Origin: an uncultured delta proteobacterium
Lineage (GTDB): Bacteria > Desulfobacterota > Desulfuromonadia > Desulfuromonadales > JACZKF01
Length of the DNA: 64,000 nucleotides
Assembly: GCA_963816395.1 (NCBI GenBank)
Contig: CAWFKQ010000008.1
Location: forward strand, 128,001-192,000
Direction: 5' to 3'
The notes beneath the pieces were generated by a model. That model was not told the origin of the DNA, did not search any database, and saw only the letters and a list, made by a program, of their open reading frames with translations. The translations under genes were made by a program, and so were the position numbers. Below are positions 42,493-54,628 of the stretch, one piece after another (the first letter of the stretch is position 1; each line of letters opens with the position of its first letter).

Positions 42493-44208
42493 ATGTCGAC
42501 GGTGAAGGAAGTGCCAGCCGGCCGGTCCCGAGGCGGTGAAGATTCCTCCTGGTCGATGATGATATGATGATCCTGGCCCTTCTCGGCCGGCTGCTGCAGC
42601 GGGAGAATTTCCGGTCCTGACCGCCGGCTCGGGGCGCGAGGGGATAGAGCAGCTGCTTTCGGAGCCGGACATCGGGGTCATCATCTCCGACCTGAAGATG
42701 CCCGGGATGGGCGGCGCGGCCTTTCTGGAGCAGGCCAGGGAGCTCAATCCGCAGGCCCTGCGCATCATCCTCTCCGGTGAGCACGATCTGCCGGCGACCA
42801 TGGAGGCGATCAACCGCGGCGGCGCCAGTCTTTACATCGCCAAACCGTGGGACGAACAGCAGCTGCATCCTCACCGTGCGAGAGGCGGTCGGCAGGTTCC
42901 GCCTGCGCCGGGAAAATGAGCGGCTGCATCGAGACGGTCAACCGGCAGAATGAGGAACTGAAGCGCTGGAACTGCCGAGTTGAGGCAACCAGGTGCAGGA
43001 GCAGACCGGCCGCAAATCCGGCGGCAGAATGCCCTGCTGCAGGCGCGCAGCGACAGCCTGCAGAAACTCACCGACGAGTTCCACACCATCTTCAACGGCA
43101 TCCCCGATTCCCTCCTGCTGCTGTCCCCCGATCTGAAGATCCTCTGGGCCAATCCGGGGGCGGCGCCGGCGCTTCGGCCGCCCGGCGGCGGAACTGGCCG
43201 GCCAGGGCTGCTATCCGGCTGGTGCACGGCCGGCGACCAGCCGTGCCCGACTGTGTCCGGCGGTCCGCACCCTGGCCAGCGGCCGTACCGAAGACGGCAC
43301 CGTTACCGCCCCGGACGGGCGGACCTGGGGGGTCAAGGTATTTCCGCTGCTGCGACCAGGCCGGCCGGCTGAGCGGCATCATCGAATGGGCCAGCGACAT
43401 CACGGAGAAGATCGTGCTGCGCGAGGAGGCCCGGCAGGCCAGCCGACTGGCCGCCCTCGGGGAGATGGCGCCGGGGTGGCGCACGAGATCAACAACCCGA
43501 AGGCGGTGCTTCTGCTCAACCTGCCGATCCTCCAGACCGCCTTCGCCGATGCTGCTGCCGCTGCTCGAGACTCCGCGGAGAGACAGGCCAGGTCACCCTG
43601 GCCGGCGTTCCCCTACGCCGAGATGCGGGAGGAATTGCCGGCTCTGCTCGCCGACTGCCTGGAGAGCGCCGGGCGCATCAAGCGCATTGTCGAGGACCTG
43701 AAGGATTTCGTGCGCAGCGAAAAAGAAGGTTTTTCGGAAACGGTCGATCTGCGCGAGGTGGCGGAGGCGGCGGTGCGCCTGGCCGGCGCGGCCATGCGCA
43801 AGGCGACCGGCCGCTTCCGCAGCCGATTACGGGGCCGAGGTCTCCGCCGGTGAATGGGCGGATTTCAGGCGCCTGGAGCAGGTGATTATCAATCTGCTCA
43901 TGAACGCCTGTCAGGCCCTGCCGGACCGCGACCGGGAAATCGTCGTCGCAACCCGTTTCGATGCCGATCAGCGGCTGTGCATCGTCGAGGTGCATGACCA
44001 GGGGGTCGGCATCCCCCCGGAGAACCTGCGCCGTATCCGGGAGCCGTTCTTCACCACCCGCCGCGAGCAGGGGGGGACCGGCCTCGGCCTTTCCGTGTCC
44101 AACCGTATCGTCAAGGAGCACGGCGGCCGGCTCGATTTCTTATCCCGGCCGGGGGAGGGAACGACCGCCCTGCTCTGCCTTCCCCCTCTGCTAGGAGAAT
44201 CCCGGTGA
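42493..44208 (+). CDS. REC-PAS-histidine kinase, heavily frameshifted
   Basis: LLVDDD, IISDLKMPGM, YIAKPW (REC); FNGIPDSLLLL (PAS); [26 protein letters not shown]. Confidence 0.8.
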
Positions 44209-45634
44209 TGAATGAAGGACTCCAGCCGCAACGGCCGATTCTGCTGGTCGATGACGAAGCGCCCTTCCTGCGCAGCCTCTCTCTCACCCTGCGCAGCGCC
44301 GCCGGCTTCAACCACCTGCTGCAGTGCGAAGACAGCCGGGAGGTCTCGGGACTGCTGGCCGGCCAGCCGGTGAGCCTGGTACTGCTCGACCTGACCATGC
44401 CGCACCTGTCGGGCGAGGAACTGCTGCCGCGCCTGGTCGGCGAGTACCCGGAGGTGCCGGTGATCATCCTCAGCGGCCTGAACCAGGTCGATACTGCCGT
44501 GCGCTGCATGCGCAGCGGGCGCCTTCGACTATTTCGTCAAGACCACCGAAACCGAGCGCCTGCTGGCCGGGGTGCGCCGCGCCCTGGCACCCTGGGGGAT
44601 AAGCAGCGGGCCTATGGCGAATCTGAAGGCCCGTTTTTTTCAGGAGGACCTGGAGAAGCCGGAAGCCTTCGCCGGTATCGTCACCCGCAGCCGCAGAATG
44701 CAGGCCCTCTTCCGCTTCATCGAGGCGATCGGCGTCCAGCGCCGAGCCGGTGCTGATCGTCGGCGAGAGCGGCGTCGGCAAAGAGCTGATCGCCCGGGCC
44801 GTCCACCGCACCAGCCGCCCCGGTCAGCCGTGGGTGGCGGTCAACGTCGCCGGACTCGACGACACGGTTTTTTCCGATACCTTGTTCGGGCACCTGCGGG
44901 GCGCCTTTACCGGCGCCGACAAGCCTCGGTCCGGGGATGATCGAAAAGGCCGGCGGACGGCGTTCTGTTTCTCGACGAGATCGGCGATCTGGCGCCGGCT
45001 TCCCAGGTCAAGTTGCTGCGCCTGCTGCAGGAAGGGGAATATTTCCCCCTCGGCAGCGATGCCCCCCGCAAGAACCGGGCACGCATCGTCTGCGCCACCA
45101 ATGCTTCCCTCGAAGAAAAAATGGCCGCCGGGCACGTTCCGCAAGGATCTCTATTACCGCCTGCTGACGCACCAAATTCGCATTCCGCCGCTGCGCGAGC
45201 GGCCCGAGGACCTGCCGGCTGCTGCTCGCCCATTTCCTGCGCCGAAGCGGCGCAGGCCATCGGCGGCCGGCGCCGGCGGTCTCCGGGGAGTTGATCGCCG
45301 GCCTGGCCGCCTATCCCTTTCCGGGAAACGTCCGCGAACTGCGCGCCCTGGTTTTCGGCGCGGTGAGCGCCGAACGCGGGAATCCCCTTTCCCTGGAGGA
45401 TTTCCGCCAGGCCGGGCTGCCGGCCGGCGACACGCACTGCCGCAGGCGGCCGCGCCGCGATGGTCGGGGAAACCTCCTTCCTCTTCCCCGAAGCGCTGCC
45501 GAATCTGGCGCAGATGGCGTAACCTGCTGGTCGCCGAGGCGATGCGCCGGGCCGGAGGCAACCGGACCCGGGCCGCCCGGCTTCTCGGCATCAGCCGGCA
45601 GGCCCTGAGCAAGCGGCTGAAAAAAATTTCCTGA
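44205..45634 (+). CDS. sigma54-dependent response regulator, frameshifted
   Basis: [58 protein letters not shown]. Confidence 0.88.
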
Positions 45635-45677
45635 ATTTTCCCTGCCTTCTCCGCTTCCCGGGCAAATTTGATTGCCT

Positions 45678-45844
45678 GCGCAACTCAGGTTGCGCCTTCG
45701 GATCGGATCAGACCCGCCAGGGTTTTCCTGCGTGTCGGTTTGATTCCAGACGCAACCGTGGTTGCGCCCAGCGCTGCGAATATCTCCTTCTTTAAAATAA
45801 ACGTCTAAAAATCAGTAACTTATAGAGATGGCACTGCAGCTGCA
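45678..45844 (+). promoter_or_regulatory. sigma54 promoter with two enhancer palindromes and an IHF-like site
   Basis: GCGCAAC-TCAG-GTTGCGC (45678-45695), CGCAAC-CGTG-GTTGCG (45751-45766), AATCAGTAACTTA (45810-45822), TGGCAC-TGCAG-CTGCA (45829-45844). Confidence 0.75.
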
Positions 45845-45913
45845 CTGCGGGGAAAGCAGATGCGTCCGGGAATCTGGACAGACGCATCGTGCGGAAAGCA
45901 CAGGAGGTGCAGC

Positions 45914-46958
45914 ATGCGACGTATTATCAGGAATACTGACTTCACTCTGTCTGGCGACTGCCCTTGTCGGCGGCGGCGGTGGCTGCGGCGGCAGCGGTGA
46001 TTCCGGGGAAGCGGCGGCAGCGGCACCCGGTCGGCAATGCCAGTCTCCACGTTATTACCGTCGGCGATCCCACCTACGAAGTCGTCATTCTCGGCAACCT
46101 GGGAAGCGAAAACTGGGCGGTTGCCGTGAACGACGCGGGCCAGGTGACCGGGAATTATCAGGATGAGGAGGGGAAGGTGAACGTCTTTCTCTGGGACTCA
46201 GGAACCATGGTCGCCGCTGGTAGCCTTCGGCACAGGCGGCGGATATCAATGAGGCGGGGCAGGTTGCCGGCTGGCTGGAAACCGCTACAGGACCGAACGC
46301 TTTTCTGTACGACGGCGAGCTATCCACCTGGCGACCGCGGCGGAATTCAGCAGGGCCTATGCGGTCAACGATGCCGGGGAGGTAGTGGGGCAGCGGCAGA
46401 GAGCGCAGAGGAGATTCCTTTTCTCCTGCAAGCCGGCCGCTTGCAGCTGCTGGCAGCGGGGTTCGACGGTTATGCCGCGAGGATCAACAACGCCGGCCAG
46501 ATGATTCTGCAGGAGGTGCGGGAAGAGGGCTTCGGCGCCCTGCTCTGGGACCAGGGCGCGGATGACCGATCTCGGTTCTCTCGGCGGGCCGGATCTCTAC
46601 GTTCGCGATCTGAATGAGGATGGGCAGGTGGTCGGCTGGGGCACCACGGAAAACGGGGAATATCACGCCTTTCTCTGGGAAGATGGACATCTGCACGATC
46701 TGGCGTCGGATCTCGGGGAGACCTTCTGCAGCGCCGTAGCCGATTGACGAGGACGGCAAGGTGCTGATCAAGGCAGCAGACCGTCAGAGGATATCGCAAC
46801 TATCTGTGGCACGCAGGGACAGGTGACCGATCTGGGGACCTTCGGGGCCAGCCGAGGCGGTGGTCGCCGATATGAACAACCGGGGGCAGATCGTCGGCTG
46901 GCTGAAAACGGCGGGGGGAGAGATACGCGCTTTTATAGCGACGCCGAAAAAACAGTGA
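45914..46958 (+). CDS. Exported HAF-repeat protein (probable lipoprotein), frameshifted
   Basis: GGAGG RBS; LCLATALVGGGGGCGG signal-like segment; repeats AVAVNDAGQVTG, INNAGQMI, TDLGSLGG...LNEDGQVVGW...YHAFLWEDG, DMNNRGQIVGW. Confidence 0.8.
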
Positions 46959-47008
46959 GATAGGCAAGTAGTGAGGTAGTGAGTAGAAAACCGCTATCAC
47001 TATCTCGT
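46953..47008. repeat. 8-nt-period (TAGTGAGN) degenerate repeat with inverted arm
   Basis: CAGTGAGA TAGGCAAG TAGTGAGG TAGTGAGT ... CTATCAC TATCTCG. Confidence 0.6.
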
Positions 47009-47100
47009 TTCATTCTTGAGGAGAAAAAGGAGAAAACAATATGGAAGCAGCGGCACGCTATTATCCCCTCGCGGCGGAGGAAACGGGAATCGCTGCCGGG

Positions 47101-47821
47101 ATGGCTCGGAAAAAGGTCCTGCTGGCCGATGATGCGGAACTTCTGCTCGATCTGGAGAAAAAGATCCTGGTCCGGGAGGGAGTGACGGTGCTGACTGCCG
47201 GCAATGGCCGCGAGGCCTTGGACCTGGTCAGGCGGGAGCGTCCCGACCTGGTCTTCCTCGATCTCGATATGCCGGTTATGGACGGTGACGAATGCTGCCG
47301 CCGGATCAGGGAGGACCCGACTGCTGAGGTCGACCCCGGTCGCCATGGTCAGCGACAGTCGTCGGGAGGATTCCCTGCTGCGCTGCCGCACGGCCGACTG
47401 CGATGCCATTCTCTACAAGCCGATCGACCGGCAGAAAATGGTCGAGGTCGCCCGCCACCATCTCGATTTTCCCTTTCGGAGGCGACAGCCGGGTGCCGGC
47501 ACGGATGTGTATCCATTATGGGACCGGCGGCCGGGCGATGCTGGCCGATTATACAGTGAACCTGAGCACCGGCGGGATGTTTTTGGAGACGGCAGCGGCC
47601 GCTGGCGGAGAAGTCCTTACTGCAGATCGCCTTCGAGCTGCCGGGCGGCTGTCGGCAGATTTACTGCAGGGGGCGGGTCGCCTGGGTGAATGCCGGCCAG
47701 AAACGCTGCGCCCCGCACCTGCCGCCGGGCATGGGGGTTCAGTTTCTCGATCTCGGCATGGCGGAGCTGAACGCCATCCGCGAATTCCTTCTCAGCCAGG
47801 AAATCCTGCCCGACCTGGTAA
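47101..47821 (+). CDS. Response regulator receiver plus PilZ-domain protein, frameshifted
   Basis: KKVLLADD, VFLDLDMPVMDG, LYKPID; RxxxR region, NLSTGGMFL, GRVAWVN, PGMGVQF. Confidence 0.82.
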
Positions 47822-48874
47822 TCGTTAGAGCAAAATGCCGGCCGGCAAGGCTTTCCCAGTCGCTGCGGGGGATGGAACAGAAAGACTCGGCCAACCTCCG
47901 GATCAAATTGTTTTCCCTGGTGCTGATCGATTTCCTCGAGCACCCTGGAGAAGGGGAGGGCGCGCCGGTAGGGGCGGTCCGAAGTGATGGCGTCGAGGGT
48001 ATCGACCGCAGCGAAGATACGCGCTTCCAGAGGGATTTCCGCTCCCCGCAGGGCGTGCGGATAGCCGCTGCCGTCGAATCGCTCGTGATGGGCGAGGATG
48101 ATTTCAGCGGCCTCGCCCAGAAAGGGGATGCCGGCGATGATGTCATGGCCGATCTGCGGGTGCTTGCGCATCTCCACCCACTCTTCTTTGGTCAGCGGCC
48201 CGGGTTTCAGCAGGATGCTGTCGGGAACTCCGATCTTTCCCAGGTCGTGCAGCAGGGCGGCTTTGCCCAGCGCGGCTACCCGGATTTCCGGGCAAATTCA
48301 TGCGACCGGCCAGGTGCAGGGTGTAGGCTCGCACCCGCTCGGAATGGGCGCCGACTTCCTTCTCCCGGGCATCAGCGACCTGGCCAGGGCCAGCAGGGTG
48401 TGATCATAGGTGTGCCGCAGCTCTTCCAGGGCAGTACGTGATCTGCTGCGTCTGTTCCCGGACTCTTTCCTCCAGTTGCAGCTGGTAGTTGCGATTTTCA
48501 AGCCGCAGGCGGCGCTTCTCCAGAGCGTTGCGGACGCTGAGGATCAGCCGATCGACAGCGAAGGGTTTGACGAGGTAATCCTCGGCCCCCAGGCGCAGGC
48601 AGGCGAGAGCCGTCTCCAGGTCGTCGACCGCGGTGACCATGATCACTGCGACATCGGGACATAGCTCCCGCATTTTTTGCAGTAACTGCACGCCGGAGCG
48701 GCCCGGCATGTTGATGTCGATCAGCGCCAGGGCGATGCCGCCTTCCCGGAGAATGGCCATCGCCGCCTCGGCACTGCCGGCGGTCCGGCAGGCGAAGCCC
48801 TCCCGCGCGAAGACCCGCCGCTGCATCTGCAGTACCATTGCCTCATCATCGACGATCAGGATCTGTTCCTTCAT
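47820..48874 (-). CDS. Response regulator with HD-GYP phosphodiesterase domain, frameshifted, 3' end approximate
   Basis: REC (ILIVDDE, LIDINMPG, YLVKPF); HHERFDGSGYP, DTLDAITSDRPYR, GKQFDP. Confidence 0.85.
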
Positions 48875-51800
48875 TCTTCGCTTACTCCCTGGGAAGATGC
48901 GTGCAGGACCTCCCGGATGCGGTTGGTCAGATCTTCGGAAGAAAACGGTTTTTGCAGGAAAACCGAGCCACTCGGCCAGGGTTCGTTGTAATGGCCGTGA
49001 AATTCGCCATACCCGGACATGAAGATCACTTTCACCTCCGGCCGACTCTCTCGCAGTTTTCGCGCCAGTTCGAGTCCGCTCATGCCGGGCATGACCATGT
49101 CGGTGAGCAGCAGGTCGATTTTCGCTGTCTGCTCTGCCAACTCCATGGCTTTCTCCGGTCGATGGGTGGCGAGCACGGTAAAACCGCTCTCCTTGAGTAT
49201 CCTGGCCGTCAACTCCAGGACGCTTTCCTCATCCTCCACCAGCAGGACGGTCTCCCTGCCGGTGAAGGGCGGCAGCGGGTCAGCGGCAACTTCTCTTCTC
49301 CGGATAATTCATCCACCCGCGGGAAAATAGATGCGGAACACGGTTCCTTGCCCCGGCAGGCTGTCGACGGTGATGTAGCCGCCACTCTGCTTGACGATGC
49401 CGTAGACGGTGGAGAGCCCCAGACCGGTGCCCTGCCCAAGCTCCTTGGTGGTGAAGAAAGGCTCGAAAACCCTGCTCCCGCACCTCCTCAGTCATGCCGC
49501 AGCCGGTATCGCTGCACCGCGAGCCTGACATAGCGGCCGACCCGAGCCCAGGGATGCGCTCGACAAAATGGCGATCGATGAGGTGATTGGCCGTCTCGAT
49601 GGTAAGCCGCCCTCCGTCCGGCATGGCGTCCCGGGCATTGACCACCAGGTTGATGAGAATCTGTTCGATCTGCCCGGGATCGGCTTTCACCCGGTCCGAG
49701 GGCCATGGCCAGAGACCAGATCACCTCGATATCTTCCCGCACCAGGCGCAGCAGGATCTTGCGGAAACTGGCGATCGTCTCGCTCAGATCGAGCACGACC
49801 GGCTTCAGCACCTGCTGGCGGCTGAAGGCCAGCAGTTTGCCGGGTGAGAGTCGGCGGCCTTCTGCCCGGCATCCAGAATGGTTTCCGCGTCCTGCCGGTT
49901 TTCCTCGTCGTGACGCGAGGGCCTTGACCAGCATGGAGCTGTAGCCGTTGATGACCGTCAGCAGGTTGTTGAAATCATGTGCCACGCCCCCGCCAGCTGA
50001 CCGATCGCCTCGAACTTCTGCGCCGCGCGCAGGTGATCCGCCGCCTGCTGCCGGGCCTGTTCGGTACGCACGCTCTGCAGGATGAGGGCGGCGGTGGGGG
50101 CGAAGGCTTCCATGTCCTGGCGGTCGAGATCGGTGAACCCATCCGGTTTGTCGAACAGCCCGATGATCCCCATGGGTTCGTCCGGCAATCTGGAGGGGGA
50201 CCAGCAAGGCACCGCCGGAATGGCCAGCGGCGCCGCAAAAAGGCGGTAACTGATCGCGCGGTCAGAGGGTGCACGCCGCCTGCGCACCTCGTTTGCCCGG
50301 GCGGCTCAGGGCCAGCAGACATCCTTCCAGCTTCCTGCCGGTTGGCGGTTTCAGCCGGCGGTCCCAGTCAGAGCCAGAAGCCGCGGGTTTTCTCCGGCTG
50401 TCGGCAAGAAAGCCGAGAGAGGTTTGCAGCAGGTCGGTGCAGTACTGGAGCCAGAATGTGGGCTACCGCCGGCAGGCTGCTGGTCTGCAAAAAGGTATGC
50501 AGGGCTTCGGTGCCGCCTTCCCGCAGGATGCGCCGGCGATACTCGCTTTCCTGCAGCTTCTTCTGCCCGCTGATGTCCTCCTGGATGGTGACGAAAGTGG
50601 GTGATGTCCTGGCGGTCGTTTAGAATGGGGAAGATGGCGGCCGCCGCCCAGTAAAGTTCACTATTTTTCTTCCGGTTGAGGAATTCCCCCTGCCAGACCC
50701 GGCCGGCGGTGATCGTGTCCCACATGCTGCCGGTACTGTTTGGCTGAGGTCAAGCCGGATTTCAACAATCGGGGGGTCGCGCCGAGGGTCTCGGTCGGAG
50801 AAAAGCCGGTCAGGCGAGGTGAACCCGGGATTGACGAATTCGATGCGCCCGGCGGCATCGGTGATGATGATCGAACTGGGACTCTGCTCGATGGTGCGCG
50901 AAAGGACCTTTAACTTATCCAGGGCCTCCCGGCGCTCGGTGATATCCATGGACGGTGCCGATGAAGCCGGCGAAGCGCCCCTCCAGATCGCAGAAGGGCC
51001 GGGCCATATCGACCACCCAGCGGTATTGGCCGTCATGGCGGCGCAGCCGGTACTCCATGGAAAAGGATCGGCGCCCATTGAAGGAGTCCCGGTAGACTTC
51101 CACGACATTGCGCCTAGGTCGTCCGGATGCACCCCCTGCGCCCAGCCGTTGCCGAGTCTCCTCCTTCAGGGTGCGGCCGGTGAAATCGAGCCAGGTCTGA
51201 TTGAAAAAATCGCACTTGCCATCGAGTCCGGCGCGCCAGATCAGGGTGGGGAACTCCTCGAAGAATCGACAGGTAGAAATCGCGCGACCGCTGCAGCTCC
51301 TGCTCCATCCGCTTGCGCTCGGAGAGATCGAGGATGAAAGCGACCGATTCCTGCCGCTCTTGGCCGATGAGCAGAAAACCGACGAGCGCCCAGACGCGCG
51401 GAGCCGTCTTGGCAGAGGTACTGCTTTTCGTAAGGGGTGCAGGTGCCGCGCCGCTTCGCCTCCGCGATAGCCTGCTGCGTCCAGAGGCAGAAATTCGGGC
51501 GGGGTGAGCCGATCCCAGCGCATGCTGCCGCTGTCGCAGCTCGGCCCGCGCATAGCCGAGCATGTTGCAGGAAGCGGTCGTTGACTTTCAGGATGCGACC
51601 GTCGACATGGCCCATGAGGGTGCCGACGAGATCGGCTTCGAAAAAGGCGCGCAGTTGCTCTTCGCTCTGGCGCAGGCGTTCGGCCGCCTTCCGTCGCTCG
51701 CTGATATCTTCCACTGTGCCGACATAACCGGCGGGGCTGCCGTCCGGGGCCGGCAGCAGGGAGGCGAGGGCACGGATCCAGCGGACACTGCCGTCCGGAC

Positions 51801-53951
51801 GCAGCAGGCGGTGCTTCTTGCTGCATGGGGCGCCGGCCGCGGCGGCCTCCTGCCAGGCAGTCACAACGGCTGGAAGATCTTCGGGATGGATGGCTCGGCT
51901 CCAGTCGGTCCCCAGGTTTTCCTCCGCTGAGAGTCCGGCCAGGGACAACCAGATGGGGTTGCCATAGGTGCTCCGCCCCTCGCTGTCGCACAGGTAGATG
52001 CCGACGGGAGCCGCTTCGCACAGGGAGCGAAAACGCGTCTCGCTCTCCCGCAGGGCCTCTTCGGCTTTTCGGCGGTCGCTGAGATCCTGCAGGGTTTCGA
52101 CCACCGCGACCATCTTTCCTCGGCGGTTGCGGATCGGGGCGGCGGTGAAAAAGAGATAACGCTTCTCAGCGTTGGCAGGTGGTCAAACCACCTCTCGGCC
52201 TGCAGTCCGGCCGGATCCATGGCCGAGCGCTGCAGCTTGGGCGTAGAAGGCGCCGGCATCTCCGGGCTGCGCCCATCCAGGACGAGATCGGCCAGGCAAG
52301 GGCGGCGCTGGTCGTAGAAGGCCCGCCAGTGATTGGCCGTGCCGACCATCTCGGCGGCGTTTTTACCGGTCAGTTCCTCGCACGCCCGGTTCCACAGCAG
52401 CACCCGGTTTTTCCGGTCGATGAACAAATCCGGCGATGGGGGAATTCTGCAGCAGGCTCTCCGAGAATTCCTTCGCCTCGGCGAGGGCCCGCTCCCCCTG
52501 CTTGCGGTCGCTGATATCGAGAAAGGCGCCGATCAGGCCGGCCGTCTCGCCGTCTGTGAGTTGAGAAGGGGGCTTTGAACACGATGAGATCGCGCACGGG
52601 GCCGCTGGCGGGCGCCGCTTCGTGTTTCGTAGATCTGCACCGCTTTGCCGCGAAAAGATCGGCATCGGACTGACGGAAATGTTCCGCCTGGCGGGCGGAT
52701 ACCCACGTCCTCGGCCGTTCGCCCGATCAACTCTTCCCGCTGCCGGCCGCTGAAGTTCTCGAAGGCGGTGTTACAGCCGAGGTAGTTGCCGGCGGTGTTC
52801 TTGATATAAACCGGAATGGGGAGAGTATCGAAGAGTACCTGGTGGAACAGGAGGTTGTCCTGCAGCGCCCTCTTGCGGCCTTCCGTCTCCTCCAGGAGGT
52901 GATTGAACGCCCCGGCCAGGACGCCGATCTCGTCCCGGGTCTTCAGCTGGATGGGAGAACGGTCCTGCTCTTTCCGGGTCATGCTCCGCACCCGATTGGT
53001 GAAATGCAGCAGGGGCAAGGTCAGGTGCCGCATCATCAGCCAGGTGGTCAGGAGAGAGAGGAGAGTTCCGGCGGCGAGGACGATAAGGAGGTAGCGCCTG
53101 GCGGGTACCGATGGGGGCGAAAGCTTCGTCGATGGGGTAGCTCGCCGATAAAATCCAGTTTTTACTACGCAGAAGCTTGAAGGAGCTGAAAACCTTCTGG
53201 CCGGTAGGTGGTGATCGTTTCCCCGGTCCCTCAAAGCCCGCGATAGCCGAGTCGAACAAACGGTTGGCGCCGATCGCCGGGACATCCCGCCGGAGGATCC
53301 GGCTGGGGTCGGGGTGCAGGATGATCGTCCGGTCGCGGCCGTACAGGTAAACAGAAGCCGCCGCTGCCGAGATGCAGTTTCCGCCAACCGGGCGAGGAAA
53401 GTTATCCCCGAGCAGGTCGATGGCGCCGCCAAGAATGGCCTGCAGCTTTCCGCGATCGTCGAAAACCGGAGCAGTGAACATCACGATCGGATGGCCACTT
53501 CTTCCGGACGGAAATGAAAGGGTCGGAGATCTGCGGCTGACCGCTGGCGCAGCGTCTTCTGGAAATAGGGCCGAAAAGAGAAATCCCGCCCCAGCATCTC
53601 CGGCTCTTCAGGGTAGAGGGCGAGCAGAACGCCGGTCGGGGAGTAGAGCGCCAGGGCCTCATCGAAGAGCGGCTCGGAATCCTTCTGGGCCGCCAGATAG
53701 GTGCGCATGGCGGCCGGATCTCCGGTGGGAATGGTACTGGCGAAGGCGACCAGTTCCTTCTGTGCCAGGCGCATTTTACCGTCGATCTCATCGGCGAACA
53801 TCGACACCAGGGCAAACTGCTCGCGAGCGATGCTGTCACGAATAGTTTTTTTGCAGATCAGGTCGGCAAAGAAGACCATTACCGCTAAGAGAAAAACCAC
53901 CAGCAGGGCGACGGCGCAGGTCATCTTGGTTTTCAGGCTGAGAGGGTGCAT
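48871..53951 (-). CDS. Large hybrid sensor kinase (dCache, HAMP, several PAS, GAF-like, HisKA, HATPase, REC), many frameshifts
   Basis: RDFSFRPYF (Cache), [14 protein letters not shown] (HAMP), multiple PAS fragments, [38 protein letters not shown]. Confidence 0.85.
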
Positions 53952-54377
53952 CAAACCTCCGGAATGGCCAAAAGGACCAGGTCGCGAGGAAGAACCAGGC
54001 TGGAGCCGGCAAGCCGGCCTAAATGGGCGGCAAACTGGCTCGGCTTTAGCTGCGGGAGCCAGGTAAGATCATGTTGTACAGTCAAAATTCGCTCCTTAAA
54101 TACACTTTTTCTGACCTCTCGCCAACTAAAAAGGCGGGTGAGGATTGTCGATAGAAGCGCTGCGGTTTTCGACCGCTTTTCGGGACATTGGCGGTTGACA
54201 GGCCACATTTTGGCTTTACATTGATGAGGACCGTTTCCATTCGGCTGCTTCATCCGGCCCGACTCCCTGGTCGACGCACGGAGAAGGTCGTCGCGCCCAA
54301 AAACTGCTGCCAGTGGATGATGATGGGACCCGGGCACCGGCCGAGACGGCAAATGCCCTTGACGAAAGGGAAAGTTC

Positions 54378-54551
54378 ATGGCTATTTCGACGGAAATCGA
54401 CAAGATCAGGGATGCGATCAAACAGGTTGAGGACCCGGCGGTTGCCATGGCCCTCCGTCATGTCTGCAAGGCACTGGAAGGGATTCGCGAGGGAGAGGGG
54501 ATGCCGGCGGCGGAGCCGCCAAGGGAAAGAAAGGGAGAAGTGCCGCACTAG
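54378..54551 (+). CDS. Small hypothetical protein (57 aa)
   Basis: GAAAGGG RBS; MAISTEIDKIRDAIKQVEDPAVAMALRHVCKALEGIREGEGMPAAEPPRERKGEVPH; shorter than any ORF in the track. Confidence 0.6.
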   Translation: MAISTEIDKIRDAIKQVEDPAVAMALRHVCKALEGIREGEGMPAAEPPRERKGEVPH

Positions 54552-54561
54552 AAAAACAGAT

Positions 54562-54624
54562 CAGTGAGATAGTAAGTAGTGAGAAAGTAAATACTGACTA
54601 TCTCACTATCTGACTACCTCGCTG
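54562..54624. repeat. 8-nt-period repeat hairpin (TAGTGAGA / TCTCACTA) between convergent genes
   Basis: CAGTGAGA TAGTAAG TAGTGAGA AAGTAA ... CTGACTA TCTCACTA TCTGACTA CCTCGCTG. Confidence 0.7.
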
Positions 54625-54628
54625 CTTT

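Noticed and set aside
53960..54110. Possible c-di-GMP/cGAMP (GEMM) riboswitch upstream of the hybrid kinase
   Set aside because: Hairpins exist but the GEMM core with GNRA tetraloop/receptor is not evident on the sense strand.
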